In this document: positions 38,491-52,078 of the stretch, piece after piece | Position numbering within the stretch: the first letter of the stretch is position 1 | Layout of the letters: every line of letters begins with the position of its first letter | From: Cercozoa sp. M6MM | Lineage: Eukaryota > Protista > Endomyxa: Ascetosporea | Strand: one strand, 5' to 3' | Assembly (NCBI GenBank): GCA_040357565.1 | Contig: JBDODJ010000046.1 | DNA length: 64,000 nt | Notes under the pieces: model-generated | Told to the model about the DNA's origin: nothing | Seen by the model: the letters and a program-made list of their open reading frames with translations, nothing else | Databases searched by the model: none | Position numbers and translations under genes: made by a program

Positions 38491-41400
38491 ATGGACTTTG
38501 ACCTGCGCGATTTTGTGCAAAATGTCCGCGCGGACGTCGAGCTCGTGCGGCACAACACGCGCGTCGACGAGCTCAGCGACGAGTCGTCGTCCGAGTCAAA
38601 GCCGGGCGATGTGCGCAGTGATCGACACAGTGACCAACAGAGTGATCGGCTGAGTGACCAGAGTGATCGGCACAGTGAGCACGTGGACACTGAGCACGTG
38701 GACCCGGTGTCGCTGCGACTGACGCGATCGGTGGCCTGGCACGTGGCGGTGCTCCTGGTCGTGTCGCTTGACCTCTGGGTGGTGCCGTTCCAGGCGGCGT
38801 TTCTCCACGGGCGCGAGGGACTGCCGCCGACGCCGCTGTTCGTCCTGGCTCTGGTAGGACCAAAGGGCGGGGGGGGGGGGGGAAAAGCAGAGGGTGAGGT
38901 GGCTACAAAGTGGCTACGTCTAGGTGGGTGACCTGTTCCTCTGGGTCGACCTGGCACTGCGCATATACGCACGCAAGCACGCCCTGTACACAGGTGGGTG
39001 GGAGGGGGGGGGGGGGGGAGGATAGCAGGGAGAAGGGGTGTCACGAGCGCAGGTGTGACACTGTTGGAACTGGTGGCGGTACTGCCGATCGATTGGGTCG
39101 TCTTGATCGTACTCTTTAACTAAACTGACTGTATCTTTTTTGTTGAGGGAGTGTCATCTATGTAGGCCACACATGGTGGTGGTGCCGAGTACTACAGATT
39201 GGTATCACTTTTTATTTGACTCTTTAACCCCCTTCAACCTCCTTCCCGTCGACAGTTTCGCTTGTTGCGTCTACTAACGCTGCGACGCGCCGTGCGGAAG
39301 CTTCTGTCCTGGTACCTTTCTACCTCCCTACCTACCTACCTTTCCACCTACCATATCTACCCACCTATCCACCTACCTACCCCTACCTGCCTACCTACCC
39401 CTACCTGCCTACCTACCCNNNNNNNNNNCCTACCTACCCCTACCTGCCTACCTACCCCTACCTGCCTACCTACCCCTACCTGCCTACCTACCTATTTATC
39501 TGCCTACCTATTTATCTACCTGCGTACCTATCTACCTACCTATCTATACCTACCTACCTCCCTATCCTACGGACTCCCTTGTCTGTGTGTTCTGACGCAG
39601 GCTGCGGGAACAGCGCTCCTCGACAACGTTGGCTGCCATCGCGTCGCCGACGGTTTCTTTTTGCCCCTTTTTACTCTTTTTATGCCCTCATTGTACCCCG
39701 ATCAGATCCTCTTTATAACCGTTTTATACCCGATTTACACTTCACAATGCACCTCCATCTTATACTCATTGTACCCCTTTACACCCTTTAATACCCCTTG
39801 TACCTAGGCCGCACGAGCGTTGCTGCTGTTCGCATTGTTTGTGACGGCGACGCATTTCTTTGCTTGCGCCTTCTTTCTGGTGCAGACCCTCCTCCTTGTC
39901 CCCCTCTTTACCCTTGACCCTCTGCACCCTTCCTCCCTTCGTACACTTGGCGCAGGCGGCAGTGCTGGATGACACTCGGGAAAACACGTGGCTGTTTCGC
40001 GACGGCATCACTGGTGCCAAGCGACACTGATCTGCTATCGCTGTCTGACTCACTGAGTGACCACATTGACTGGACCACATTGACTGAGTGACTACACTTG
40101 AGTGACGGTTTCTGTAGGCGATCAGGGCTACATGCACAAGTACCTGCGCTCGTGGTACTGGTCGGTGATCACGATGGTGACGACTGGTCTCGGTACACCG
40201 TTCCATGTGGCCACTCGGCTCGAGTAACCACCCAGTTCAGTCAGTGAGCCAGCGAGTGGCCTACGTGTGCAGGTGACATCGTGCCCCTGACGACGGTCGA
40301 GACACTGGTGTCCGTGATCGCCATGCTCTGCGGCACCTTTGGCGCCACTGCACTGGTCGGCGATCTGGTACCAACGTCCCTCACCCAGTGTGTACCCACT
40401 CGGTCAGGCCCACGTGCCTCCCACTGACTCACTGACGGGATTGAGTGACCAACAGACCAACTGGGCCATGGCAACGAGTGGCGCGCGTGCACAACATGAG
40501 AACAAGCTGTCGTGCATTCGGTACCAACACTGGGCCGACCCAGTGACCTGACTGACTGGGTGACTGGGTGACTGACGGGGTGCCTGACTGGGTGACTCAC
40601 CGGATGAGCACGTGTGCAGGGCGTACCACGAGCTGTGCGACAGCGAGGAGGAGCACGCCGAAATCGACACGTTCGCGCAGGTGCAGCTCTACCTGGTAGC
40701 ACCTGCTAGTCACTATGCGTGATCACTCCATGTCTGGTCACTCTATGTCTGGTCACTATGTGTGGTCACTATATGTCTGGTCACTCTATGTCTGGTCACT
40801 CTGTGATCATTCTGACGTTAAATGTGTGCGTGTGCAGTGGAAGGACACGCACGGCATCGACGAGGCGTCGTTGCTGGAGCTGCTGCCACGACACTTGCGT
40901 GCCTCGCTCTTCCACGTGCTCACTCGCGACGGTACTACTCGTGCCCACTCAGGGACATGTGCTGGGACTCGTGCAATGACACGTGTTCGGTCAGTCAGTT
41001 TATTGTCTGTGTAGCACTGCAGAAGGCACCCGCCTTGACACTAGCCTTTGGTCTCAACTTAGAGTAATTTGCTTCCTTGGCATCTGCTCACCCCTTTTAC
41101 CCGCTTTACCCCTCCCTTTTACCCTGTTACCCCTTTACCCCCTTCTTCCCCCCCCCCCCCCCCACAGTGCGCGAGTGTTCGCCTGCGTGGAGGCGCTGGC
41201 GGCGCAGATGTCCCTCGTGTCGCTGCCGCCCGGGTCACTGGTACGCTCGCATGCTTCACTTGCACGCGCTTGAATAGCACGTGTCTGACTGGGTAACTGG
41301 GTGACTGAGTGACTGGGTCACTAGGTGATTGGATGGGCACGTGTGTGAGTGTGTGCAGCTGACGGTGCGCGGGATGCGAGCGACCGAGTTCTTCGTGCAC

Positions 41401-44400
41401 GTACGCGGGCGCACTCGCGTGGAACAAGACGAAGTTTCCGGAAACAGGAAGGTTCCGGGAACACTGCCGGAAGGAGGAACTGCTTCCACAGTGTCGGGTA
41501 AGTGCCTGGATTTTGAGGCCAGTGTGCTGCACGCCGCTTCGTGCGACACCGTGCGCTGTCTCTCCTTCGTCCAGGTCTTCCGGTGCTCCGCGCAGCTTCT
41601 ACACCAGGTAGCGTTTCTCCCCTGCTTAGGGTCACAGTCGGGTCACGGTTCACACCGTCACATGCTCAGGTCTCCAAAGCCTACCTGACCCAGCCGCAGC
41701 GACAACGTACCTTTACTCCATACTCTTCGTCTTCCTTCCTTACCCCCGTATACCTCCCTGTTTCTGCCTTGCCTGGCAGAGCTGTTAGCGGCGTGCCGGG
41801 AAGTGCATAACACGCGCGAGTTGTGGCTACAGCATCACCGTCAACAACTGAGTCAGGAGCACGACGGTGTCATTGATATCGACGGTGACTCCGGGGTCAA
41901 TAGTCATCAGCAACTCGTGTTCGCTCTGGCAGCTGTCACTCGGTACCTGTCGATGTGCTTGTGTATATACAGCCTATTCATGTCCCACCCGTATTCTACC
42001 CGTGTACTGCCTGTGTGCGTGTGACCAACACAGCGACGGTACGGCCACGTGGCGCGACGATGCCCACTCGGCGTTTCGCGTGCAGTGGCGCCGCGTGCTG
42101 CTGACGGCATTGGTGGCCTTCAACGTGCTGGTGCCGCTGGTGCTAGTGCACGCCTACCGGCACAGCAACGGTGATGGTGACACTGACTCGATCGAAGTCT
42201 GGGTGACGGTGCTACTCTACGTGTGCGACGGTGTTGTCTGGGTTGACCTGTGGTTGCGCACGTGGCACTTCTCCTTCGTTGGTGACGACGACGAACTCGT
42301 GTGTGCGCCGTCCTCGGTAGACTTGTATTTACCCCTCTCAGTTCGTAGCATTTTCAACCCCCTGGACAGCGACTGCGGCAGCACAGTACGCAGTGGAAGG
42401 GTCTCGGCCAGCCGTGTCTCTGGTTGGATGTGCTGTCAGTGCTTCCGATCGATGTGGTGCCGTTCGCGCTAGGTGCAGGACCACTGACGGTGAGTCTGCT
42501 GCGTGTTAACCGTCTCGTGCTACTTCGTCGACTGCCGGCACTGTGGGACCGCGTGGTCAACTGTATGTGCTTTACCCTCCTCCCCCCCCCCCCCGTTACC
42601 CCTTGCTCCTTGCCTGTCTCTACCCCTGGGTTTAGTGAAACGGTGGTCCTTGTCGCGCGCTGTGCGATTGTTTTGTTTCACGCTGCTGGCGGTGCACGTG
42701 GCTGGATGTACCACTTGAGCTTTTAGTTGACGGATCAGTGACTCAACCTTGTATCTTTGCTTGATCCGCAGGTGCCTGGCAGTGGGCGGCGCACATCTCG
42801 CAGGCGCGCGGCAATCACAACTGGCTCGAACCGGACTTTGTCAAGGATGCGCATCCAGCGTACTTTGGCACCTTGATCCTTCTGCCCAGTACTTGCCTCT
42901 CACCTTTTTAACCCCTTAATCCTTGACAGGTGGACCTGGCTGCGCAGCGTGTACTTTATCATGGTCGCTACCACTACCGTTGGATGTAAGTTTTGATTGT
43001 TATCATATTGATTACTGACTGATCACTGATTTTTGAGCGACTGAAATCGTCCTTAGTTGAGTGTGTGTGGACGTGGAACGTGTATGCGTGTGTATGTTTG
43101 CGCAGACGGCGACATCGTGGCGCACTCACTGCTGGAGACGGCCCTGGCAGCCATTCTTGTGGTAGTTGGTCACCAATGATCACTAGGTGGTCACTGATCG
43201 ATTGCTGAGTGGTCAATGATCAATCAAATGGTCACTGTGACTGTAGGTTATTGGCGGCGCCCTGCATCCCGCCTTTGTCGGCGCCGTTGCTGCATGTACA
43301 ACTTTCTCTTGGGGAGGGGGAGGGTAAAGTTAATATCTCGTGGGTCGTGTGTTAGTGCTGTTCCGCGCGGATGCGCCGACAGAGGAGTCGCAGCGTCGAC
43401 TGCGCCGTGTCTTGTGAGTTGTGCCCTGACGCGTCATGTCTTGTGCAACGTTGTACCTACCTTGTGTGTGTGTGTGTGTAGTCAGTTGGTGCTGTACCTG
43501 GAGACCAACGCCAAGCGACGGCACGGCAACGACGTGCTTCTCGAGGCCGACTCGGACTATATGGTCATCCTGTCTCTCTCCCCCATCTTACTCTTATCCT
43601 CCCCCACATCCTCTTATCCTCCCCCACATCCTCTTATCCTCCCCCACATCCTCTTATTCTCCCACATCCTCTTATTCTCCCCCACACCCTCTTTCCCTCC
43701 CGTAGGCCAAGTTGCGCGCGCGGATTCGACAGGCGCATCAGCACGAGTGGCAGCAGCGTCGCGGACTGAGGCGCGACGGTGACGGTGACGATGTCACTGA
43801 TACCACTGACCACACCGTCAGCGGTGCTGATCGCGGCGTGAGTGACAGTGATACCGGCGTCGGCGCCATCGCGCGTCGTCAGATGCAGCGCTACGTGAAG
43901 ATGTCGCTGCTGCGAGCTTTCGGTCCGGTATCAAACGATGGCACCGGTGTCATCGGCGACGGTTCTATTGATCTTCTGACCGAGAGTTACTCTGACGGTT
44001 TTCATCGCGGTGATCCTGGGATCAACTGGGACATTGCACCACGCGTCACATTGCCTCATGTACTCCCTCTCGCTGGCTATCACGTGTGACCAACTAACTG
44101 ACAGTGTGATCGATTTGACCGCACAGGAGTGCCTGCACCGTCCGTGTCGTCGTCTGTCAGATCGTGTGTTCCTGCTGCGCTCTGGCTTGGCGTCCATCCA
44201 CTGCGTACCTTGGTCGTCCTTTCATTTGATGCCCTATACCCCCTCTGATAGAGAGAGGCATCGCTGCGATTGAGCTCGGGCGATTTCTGCTGCCTGCATG
44301 CACTCGATTCTTGTGCTATTTTCTCTGCTTTTTCTGCTTACCCTCTCCCTCCATTTGTTTACAACAACATCTGTAGCTGAGTCTCCTTGGAGGATCGTGT

Positions 44401-45257
44401 CCGATGGTATAAAAACAAGCAAGTGTACCTTGTGTGTCATTCGTTTAACTAACGGAAACTTGTAGACACGTGCGAGTGGATCAGCATTCCTGTTGACTGT
44501 CTCGCGTAGCTTCTTTACTATCGTTCTTCAGTTTTCCTTGTGTTTACCAGTTATTTTTCAGACCGTGGAAGGAGCAAGCGTTGCAGTTGCTTGAGGTAAT
44601 TTCGAAAGTTCACACTATGCTTCAGTCGATACCCTCGCTTTAAAACTTCAGCGAAGAAAACGCAAAATTGCGGCGATCGAGCGAAACTTGGCAGCGCCAA
44701 AGATCGTCAAAATCGCCGCTTATGTTTGTATTTTCTCTGCGTTGGTTATGTCTTCAAGTAATTCTCCTAATTGGGGTCGTAGCGACAAAGCAGCCTGATT
44801 CGAGTTGGCGACAGTTTGTACGACACCCTTTCTCCGTTCGCAGGCGACTATGGTCGGCTCTCGTCCTATTTGTGGTAGGAATTGCACGTATGCTTGAATT
44901 CTATGCAGTATCTTTATGTATATTTAGGTGCTGTATGAGCTTTTGGCGTTGCCATTTTGCGTGGCGTTTCTGTGCATGCACGCGAACGGGTCGCTTGCGA
45001 CATCGCTTGGAGTCTCCGTCTGGCTTCTTTTCTTCGTACAGTGCTTTCGTGTTGCGAACTGTGTTGTACTGCAGGAATGCATGTTACCGTGGACAGATCG
45101 TCGACATTATCAGCGCGCTGGATGCGTTCTTTCGGATTCGCGTTTTCGCTCAGAATCCGCTTGGCGACAGCGGCGGCAAGGCAGCGAAACTGCTCGAAGT
45201 TGCGGCGATTTTGCCGATCGATTGGCTTTTGCTCTTTGTGCGTTTTTCTCTTTCTCG

Positions 45258-45309
<52 letters not shown>

Positions 45310-46299
45310 CTCGCATATATGCTTTCGTGCTGTGTCGCTTTTCTCTGGTTTAAATTAATTAAAAAGACGGGTTTTCCTTGAGTGTAGTGTGGCGTTTATC
45401 CCATGTGGGTCCTGATCACAAGGTACATGTTACACTTGTGTCTTTTAAATGTGTACGACTGGATACTGTCTCCATGACAGGAGCTTGCGCTTGCTGCGAA
45501 GTCGGCAATTCCCGCACTTGATTACCGAAGTGCGTGCTCTGCTTGACGAGCACGTGTTGGTACCGAGTGTTATCTAATGGAGGGCTGCGTAATCACTGAG
45601 ACCTCTTGACGTGTGAACAGTCACTGAGACCGTCACTGCCGCTGATTGTGGCACTCTGCACCGTGGTTTTTGTGTCGGCGCACTGCTGTGCATGTGCCTT
45701 TCATTTGACCGCGTTGATGGAACGCGCCAATGGCATAGAGTACACGTGGCTGCAGGACCAGGTTCGACTCAGCACTAGTGCTTTGCCTCCGTGAGCCACG
45801 TTTGTGCTGTGTGTCCTTAGGTGGCACAGGGCTACCTGTACGCCGACAGTGGCGTTGCGCATCGATACCTGCGATCATTGTACTTCACTTTGCCGACACT
45901 GCTCGTCGTTGTGATCGGTACCTTCGAGTGTTTCGACTTGTCTTACCCTTTGTACACTGTCTTAGGTGACGTGACCCCTGTGACCAAGTGGGAGACCTTG
46001 ATGACCTTCTTGTATTGTCTCTCTATCGAACGTTACCCACTTTGTTCCCTTACACCTCAATGTGTAGACTGATGTCGGTCGGAGTATCACTGAATGCCGC
46101 TGTCATTGGCGCTGCTGTTGATGTATCTCTTTCTTAACTATACCTTTTCCCTGAGCTCGGTATCGTTTTTTTAAACCCTCTAGGTACTGAGCAAGCGCTC
46201 CTCGGAGCGACAGCTGCGCGACAGCGTTGACGACTTTTTATCCTCAGGCGCCTTTCCCTCCGTAGCTGTCCTTATCCCCAACACAAACACACACACACA

Positions 46300-46332
<33 letters not shown>

Positions 46333-47273
46333 TACCCTCCCTCTTCTGCATAGGTGCTGCAGCAGAAGGTGCGCGATTGGCGTGAGTACCTCTGGCTTAC
46401 CGATCGTACACTACTTTGTCTGTCCATATGTTTTTAATATATGTCCACCCATATGTTCTTGTGCACTTGAACAGACAGCTGGCATGAAGGCGGCGTACGT
46501 TTGCGACGTGCCACTTCGGTAGTGCTATCTTACCCCCCCCCCCCCGTTACTCCCTATGTGGTTATTCTTTAGGTGGCCTCTCTGCCGAGTGAGCAGCTGC
46601 AGCGAGAGGTGTTGCTGCTGCGCACACACGCACTGTATGGCTTCGATACCTTCACGTTCTTATTATCGCCCATCGTATGTCCACTTGTTCTCCCTCCTCT
46701 AACCCGTATATCTTATACCCCTTTTGCCAGGTGAGCCAGTTGCGCGTGACGGTCGACGCTGACGAACTCGCCGACCTGCGCGCTCTCGTGGCCGACCTGC
46801 TGGTAGACTTCTGCATTTGTTTCTTTTCTTTTTGTTGTTTCTGTAAAGAAAAAAGAAAACTGCGACTGCATAGGGTGCCATGGAGGCCAGGAGAAGTGCC
46901 ACGAACGAAATCGGTGTGTTCTGTGCATGTTCTGTATTCTCCTACACCCACCTCTACCCGCCACAACAGTGATCCAGGAGGGCGACCCTGCGCGCGGCGT
47001 GTGGCTGCTGCTGCGTGGCCGCGTCGCCAAGAAACGCGTCATCTTTGAGAGCAGCGCCGAGAATTGCCTCTTCCTCGACAGCAAAAGCGTCATCGGTCTC
47101 ACCGAATGCTTCGACGGTACACCGATTTGGATGCGCACAGAGTGTACTTACTACGGGTGTGGAAACAGACGTGCCCAAGGACAGCGCATACCCACTGTAC
47201 GCCTTCAGCGTGCGCGCGTGTGGGCCCTGCGAGTGGCGCTACTGTAATTTGTCTCACGTGAGCATATGCATAT

Positions 47274-47316
<43 letters not shown>

Positions 47317-50109
47317 GATATATATATATATGTATGTATATGTTTGGGTTTGATGGGCAGTGTCGATCCGCGCTTTGGACCAGGTGCTTGGCAAGTATGC
47401 ACCACTGTCCAAGTCCTCTAGGTAATTTGTGCACTTGTACCTTCATCCTCCTACTCCCGGCCCACCCTCGTAGCAACAAGAGCGTGTCGTACGGCAGTCT
47501 GCGCGCCGTGGTGCGCGAGTTGCTGGCCCGAGTGATCGCGCGTGGTCGTCCAGCTGGCACTAGCGGTCACAGTGACGGTTACGGCTACATTGACAGCGAG
47601 GAGACAAGCAGCACCGATGGACCTATTGGTCGCACTGACGCCGACGGAGACTCCGACGAGTACAAGAGTGACCGCAACGACGACGACGAGGGCGATCGCA
47701 CCGACAGCGATCGGCGTCGCTCGCTGACCGTCGTTGAACGCTCCATCACACGGACCGACACCTTTGGTATTCTCTCCATCTTTGGTGAGGTTGCTACCAG
47801 GAGTAGGGAAACCCTACCCCTTGACTGTGGCTTGACTATCATCTTGACTGTAGCGACCTCGGCGATCGAGCTGATGCCGAGTGTGACGGGTCTCACCGAC
47901 GACCGCGGCGACATGGCGACGCGTGTGCTGACCGAGTACTTTCTGTTCGATCAGAGCGACGTCGACGAGGACGACGCTAACGGCACCGTCAATGTCCTGC
48001 TCAGTGACGGTGTCACACGTGATCGCAACGGTGCCACTGGAGTCGTCGACGGTGTCGATACCATGGTGGGTGCGCGTAGCCACCCTATCGCCAGTGAGCG
48101 ACGGTCGCGGCGACTTGAGTCGGCCACGTGGCTAGTGGCAGCGCTGATGGCGCAGTTTTCGCTCATTGTGCTGCTGCCGCTGCGGCTCGCGTACCTTACT
48201 TCCCCTTTTACGGCTCCCCTCCTTACATGATTGAATGTAGTTTCTGGTGTCGCGACGGACAGGAGGTCGTGTTCTTTGCGGCAATGGCGTTTTCGCTGAT
48301 TGGCGACTGTGTTGTGTTGTGGGACCTGGCGGTATGTTTTCACCCTAACTTTGTCTGCGTATGTACGTGGAGGGTATGGAAGGATATTCCCTGCACACAG
48401 GACAAGCGTAGTGGGGATTTGTGGCAACACGTATGGCAGTGGCCGCTGCTGTATGAGTGCGTCGGCGTGTTGGTGGCTCTGGTGGTGGATGCCACCATCG
48501 ACAGGGATGACTCACGAGACGGTGACATCAACGGCATCAGCTACTGGCCACTGGTGCTGTCACTGGCACGTGTGCCACGACTAGTACGACTGCGGCACTT
48601 GCACTCTCTGTTCCGACGGTACTTTCCTGCACGCACACAACACACGTGCCAAGTTAAAATGTGCCAACACTCACGGCAGGGTGGAAAAACGCCTTGAGAT
48701 CTGGCACGTGCGCGTCAAGGCATCGCTGCTGTCGCTTGTGCTGGTACATACCTTGGTTTCTTAAACGTCGTCCCTTCACTTCCTTCCCTTTCAGGCAATG
48801 ACATCAGTCGTAGTTAGTGTGCACGTGGCGGCGTGTCTGTGGAACTGCGTGCACTTGTACCTGCTCAAGGCGCCGCGCGATGAGTACAGACCTTGTGCTG
48901 ACCCTCTGTCTCATACCACCTCTTACTCTCTGTCCCTCGAGCAGTTGGCTGACGCGGGATCCAGTGTTGTCGCAGCCGGACGTGTCGCTGTGGTGGCACT
49001 ACCTGCGTGCGGTACACTTTGCCATCACAACGCTCTCATCGGTTGGCTACGGCGACGTGCGACCCGTGGGTGCCGCCGAAACGGTGTACCAGCTGTTGGT
49101 CACCGTATGTGGTACTTTGGCGCTAGTAGGGTGTGTGTATGTGTGTCCATTGAGACACGTGCAGGTGCCACTATCTTTGCGAGTCTGACCGCGCTGTTCG
49201 CGCAACATTTCGCCGAGAGTGATCGCACGCCTGCCTTAGACGAGGTGCCTTGTGCTTGCTTTCCTAGTGCCCGTGTATGCCTTGTGGGTGGACGAAAATA
49301 TCCACAGGAAGAGAGGGGCGACGAAATGTTACTCGCCAAGTTGCGACACTACGTCAGGTACACACACACGACATACTGCGAGTTTAGCAAGCCATGCTAG
49401 AGCACTCTACAATATTTAGGATGCGACAACTGCCTGAGTACCTGGGCATGGCCTTACAGGAGGTACTCTAGGTTGCACAAGTGGAGATGTATGAGAGTGG
49501 CTGTATGAGAGTGGCTATCCCTTTCCGGTAGTACGCGCGGATGGTGGTGCGACAGCGCGTGCTGCAGAAACGCGAGGTCGTGAGACTCCGTGCGGCGCTC
49601 GGTCAAACGAGTGCCGACTTCGGTATGTTTGACTGCTCTGTTCTATATTATCGTATGCGTCGACACTTGATTCTGTGTAGAGGAGGACGAAGTGAGCACC
49701 TTCATCAGTCAATTGCCACTGAGTATTCGACTCCGTATGGTGCGTTTGTTCACCTTACCTACCCGGACCTGTCCGACCTGGTGCTGTATAGGCAATGCAC
49801 GAGCACCGCGCGTTGTGTCTGCCTGGCGCACCGTTTCACGGTCAGTCTGTGTCTCTATGTTCGGTTGTTTTTGGTATGCGGCTGCTGTAGACCCGGAATT
49901 CGCTGGCGGTGTCGTTCCGACGGCGCATGTGCTACAAGTACCTTCTCTTAGTAGGGAAAGAGTTTTTGTCTTTGGCTATCTCGCTTACTACGGCAGAACC
50001 TGCGCACGCAAGTGGTGCCATGTGGTGCCGTCTTGTTTCGCCGCAGTGAGCCGGTGCGTGAGGTGTTCTTTTTGGTGTCGGGTTCGCTGCGTTCCCTGGT
50101 ATGTACACC

Positions 50110-50182
<73 letters not shown>

Positions 50183-50786
50183 ACATACACNNNNNNNNNN
50201 NNNNNNNNNNNNNNNNNNNNNNNNNNNNNNNNNNNNNNNNNNNNNNNNNNNNNNNNNNNNNNNNNNNNNNNNNNNNNNNNNNNNNNNNNNACACACACAC
50301 ACACGCGCAACAGGGTGGCACGTTCGACACGCTGGGCACGCTGAGCGTCATGGACACGACCACCGCTTGGCATGGTAGAATCCAATATTCACACCCTCTT
50401 GTATTATTTTCCCTCGCCTATTTCTGTATGGCTGCAGCGGAGGAGCGGACAATTTTTGGTGTAACATCGGAGGAACTCAAGACTAAGCGACGGGCGACAA
50501 CGCTGCTGGCTACTTCGTGCTTTTTCTTTCGTCTGTCTGTGTGTCCTCGGGGATCAAGTCTCTCTCTCTTTGTGACACACCTTAGGGCCTGCGACGTGCG
50601 CATCTTGTCGCTCGCCATAGTGGCACATCTCGCTCGTAGGACATATTTGTGTTGTTGGACGCGCATGTGCACCTTTCTCGTACAATCAAGCGTCTTGTAG
50701 GGCGGTTCCCAGCGCTCCGTGGTTCGCCTTTTGGTCAAATGGTGCTCCTGCCGGCGCAGGTGCATCAGGTGCATCACGGCGACTAA
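38491..50786 (+). CDS. Single-chain four-repeat 6TM + cyclic-nucleotide-binding-domain cation channel (CNGK/tetraKCNG-like); several dozen introns
   Basis: Four S4 segments (FRLLRLLTLRR, LLRVNRLVLLRR, SLRLLRSR, LARVPRLVRLRHL). Four pore loops (YWSVITMVTTGLGD, YFIMVATTTVGYGD, YFTLPTLLVVVIGD, HFAITTLSSVGYGD), each followed by a C-linker/CNBD. Inter-repeat linkers splice in frame without stops. Confidence 0.85.
40706..40803. repeat. Intronic ~15-bp minisatellite (TCTGGTCACTCTATG)n
   Basis: Visible tandem array in a channel intron. Confidence 0.8.
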
Positions 50787-51203
50787 ACTTTAATCGACGT
50801 GACATCACTGCACGAACAAGTCGTTTGAGCCACGCTGAGCCACGAGCTGACTGGCGGCACCGCACAGCTACAGCGTGATGCTCGCAGGCGTAACCAAAAG
50901 CGAAAACAAAATCGAATACACAGACGCATCGCATGATTTATAACGCAACTGAACATGAGACTGAAACCAAACTGAATTAAATGTAAACCAACAACAAAAG
51001 AAAGCGTCGCTTGCGACGGTGCAGAACTGAAGAAATTGCGGCCGGCACCACCGACACGGCAGGGAGACAAACGGATGCGTTTGGTTCCCAAAAAAGGGTT
51101 GCTTGGTGTCAAGTCAGGTCGTGTGCGTACATGTCGCACGTGTTTTGTGTGAGTATGTGTGTGTGAGTGTTATGTGCGTGTGGGCCTCAATCTCAGTTTT
51201 CGC

Positions 51204-51609
51204 CTATTGGACGTTGGCGGCAATCTTAGCCTTGAGGTCCTCGAACTCTTGCTTTTGCTCGCCATCAAGGGCCAGGAAGTCCGGGCGGAGGTCCCACGGC
51301 ATCGTCGTGATCTGCCCAGCAGTACCCCGAAAGATTGAATTATCGCACGCAGTGATAGGGGGCAGGAGGGAAACGCACGTAGACGTTTTCGTTGTAGAGA
51401 CCCTTGGTGAAACGGAAGGCAAAGACGGTGCCCATGCCGACGGCGAGCGCCGGGATCATCGGCTTGCGGAACACGACGGCGGTCGCGAGCGGAATGAAGG
51501 CGCCGAAGGCAAAGTTCGCCGCAAACGACAGACCCGTCGTCATCGGCTTCAGCAGCACGTTCGGCAGGTAGAGCGGCAGGATGCCCGACTGGTTGTGGTC
51601 CACGCCCAT
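51204..51609 (-). CDS. Small (about 112 aa) two-helix membrane protein, possibly a divergent MICOS Mic10; 1 coding intron
   Basis: MGVDHNQSG..GLSFAANFAFGAFIPLATAVVF-RK-PMIPALAVGMGTVFAF..YNENVY|ITTMPWDL..NVQ*. Strong GC3 codon bias supports coding; the family call is weak. Confidence 0.6.
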
Positions 51610-52078
51610 TCTGCACGGGCACACACACACACACACATGCACACACAACACACACACACGACGTAACAGCGTCCGAGAACGCACAAAATCCTTCCCCAGA
51701 GAAAAAGCAAAACAAAGCACAACAAAAAACAACTTGCGATGACCTGCACAGCCAGCATGCAAGCGGCTATGCTGTGCGCATTGCAGACGCTATGTGTGGT
51801 CACTCACAATGCGGCATAGCTTTCACAGAGGGGCAATGAGGCAACTAATTTGCACTCAAAAACGCCCAAAGAATCAACCTCAAGTGCAGATGCTCTGAAG
51901 GTTGCAGTACCTGTAGTTTCGCTAGAAGCACAAGTGTGACTCGCTTTGCCGAGCAGCAGCAGGTCGGGATCTCGGCACCGTGGCCACAAAAGTGTACAAT
52001 GTGGTATCTCACGGTCCGTTTGTACAGCAGGCGTGAGTGACTCGCGCTGCTGGTGTAATCACACATCGATATCTAAAG

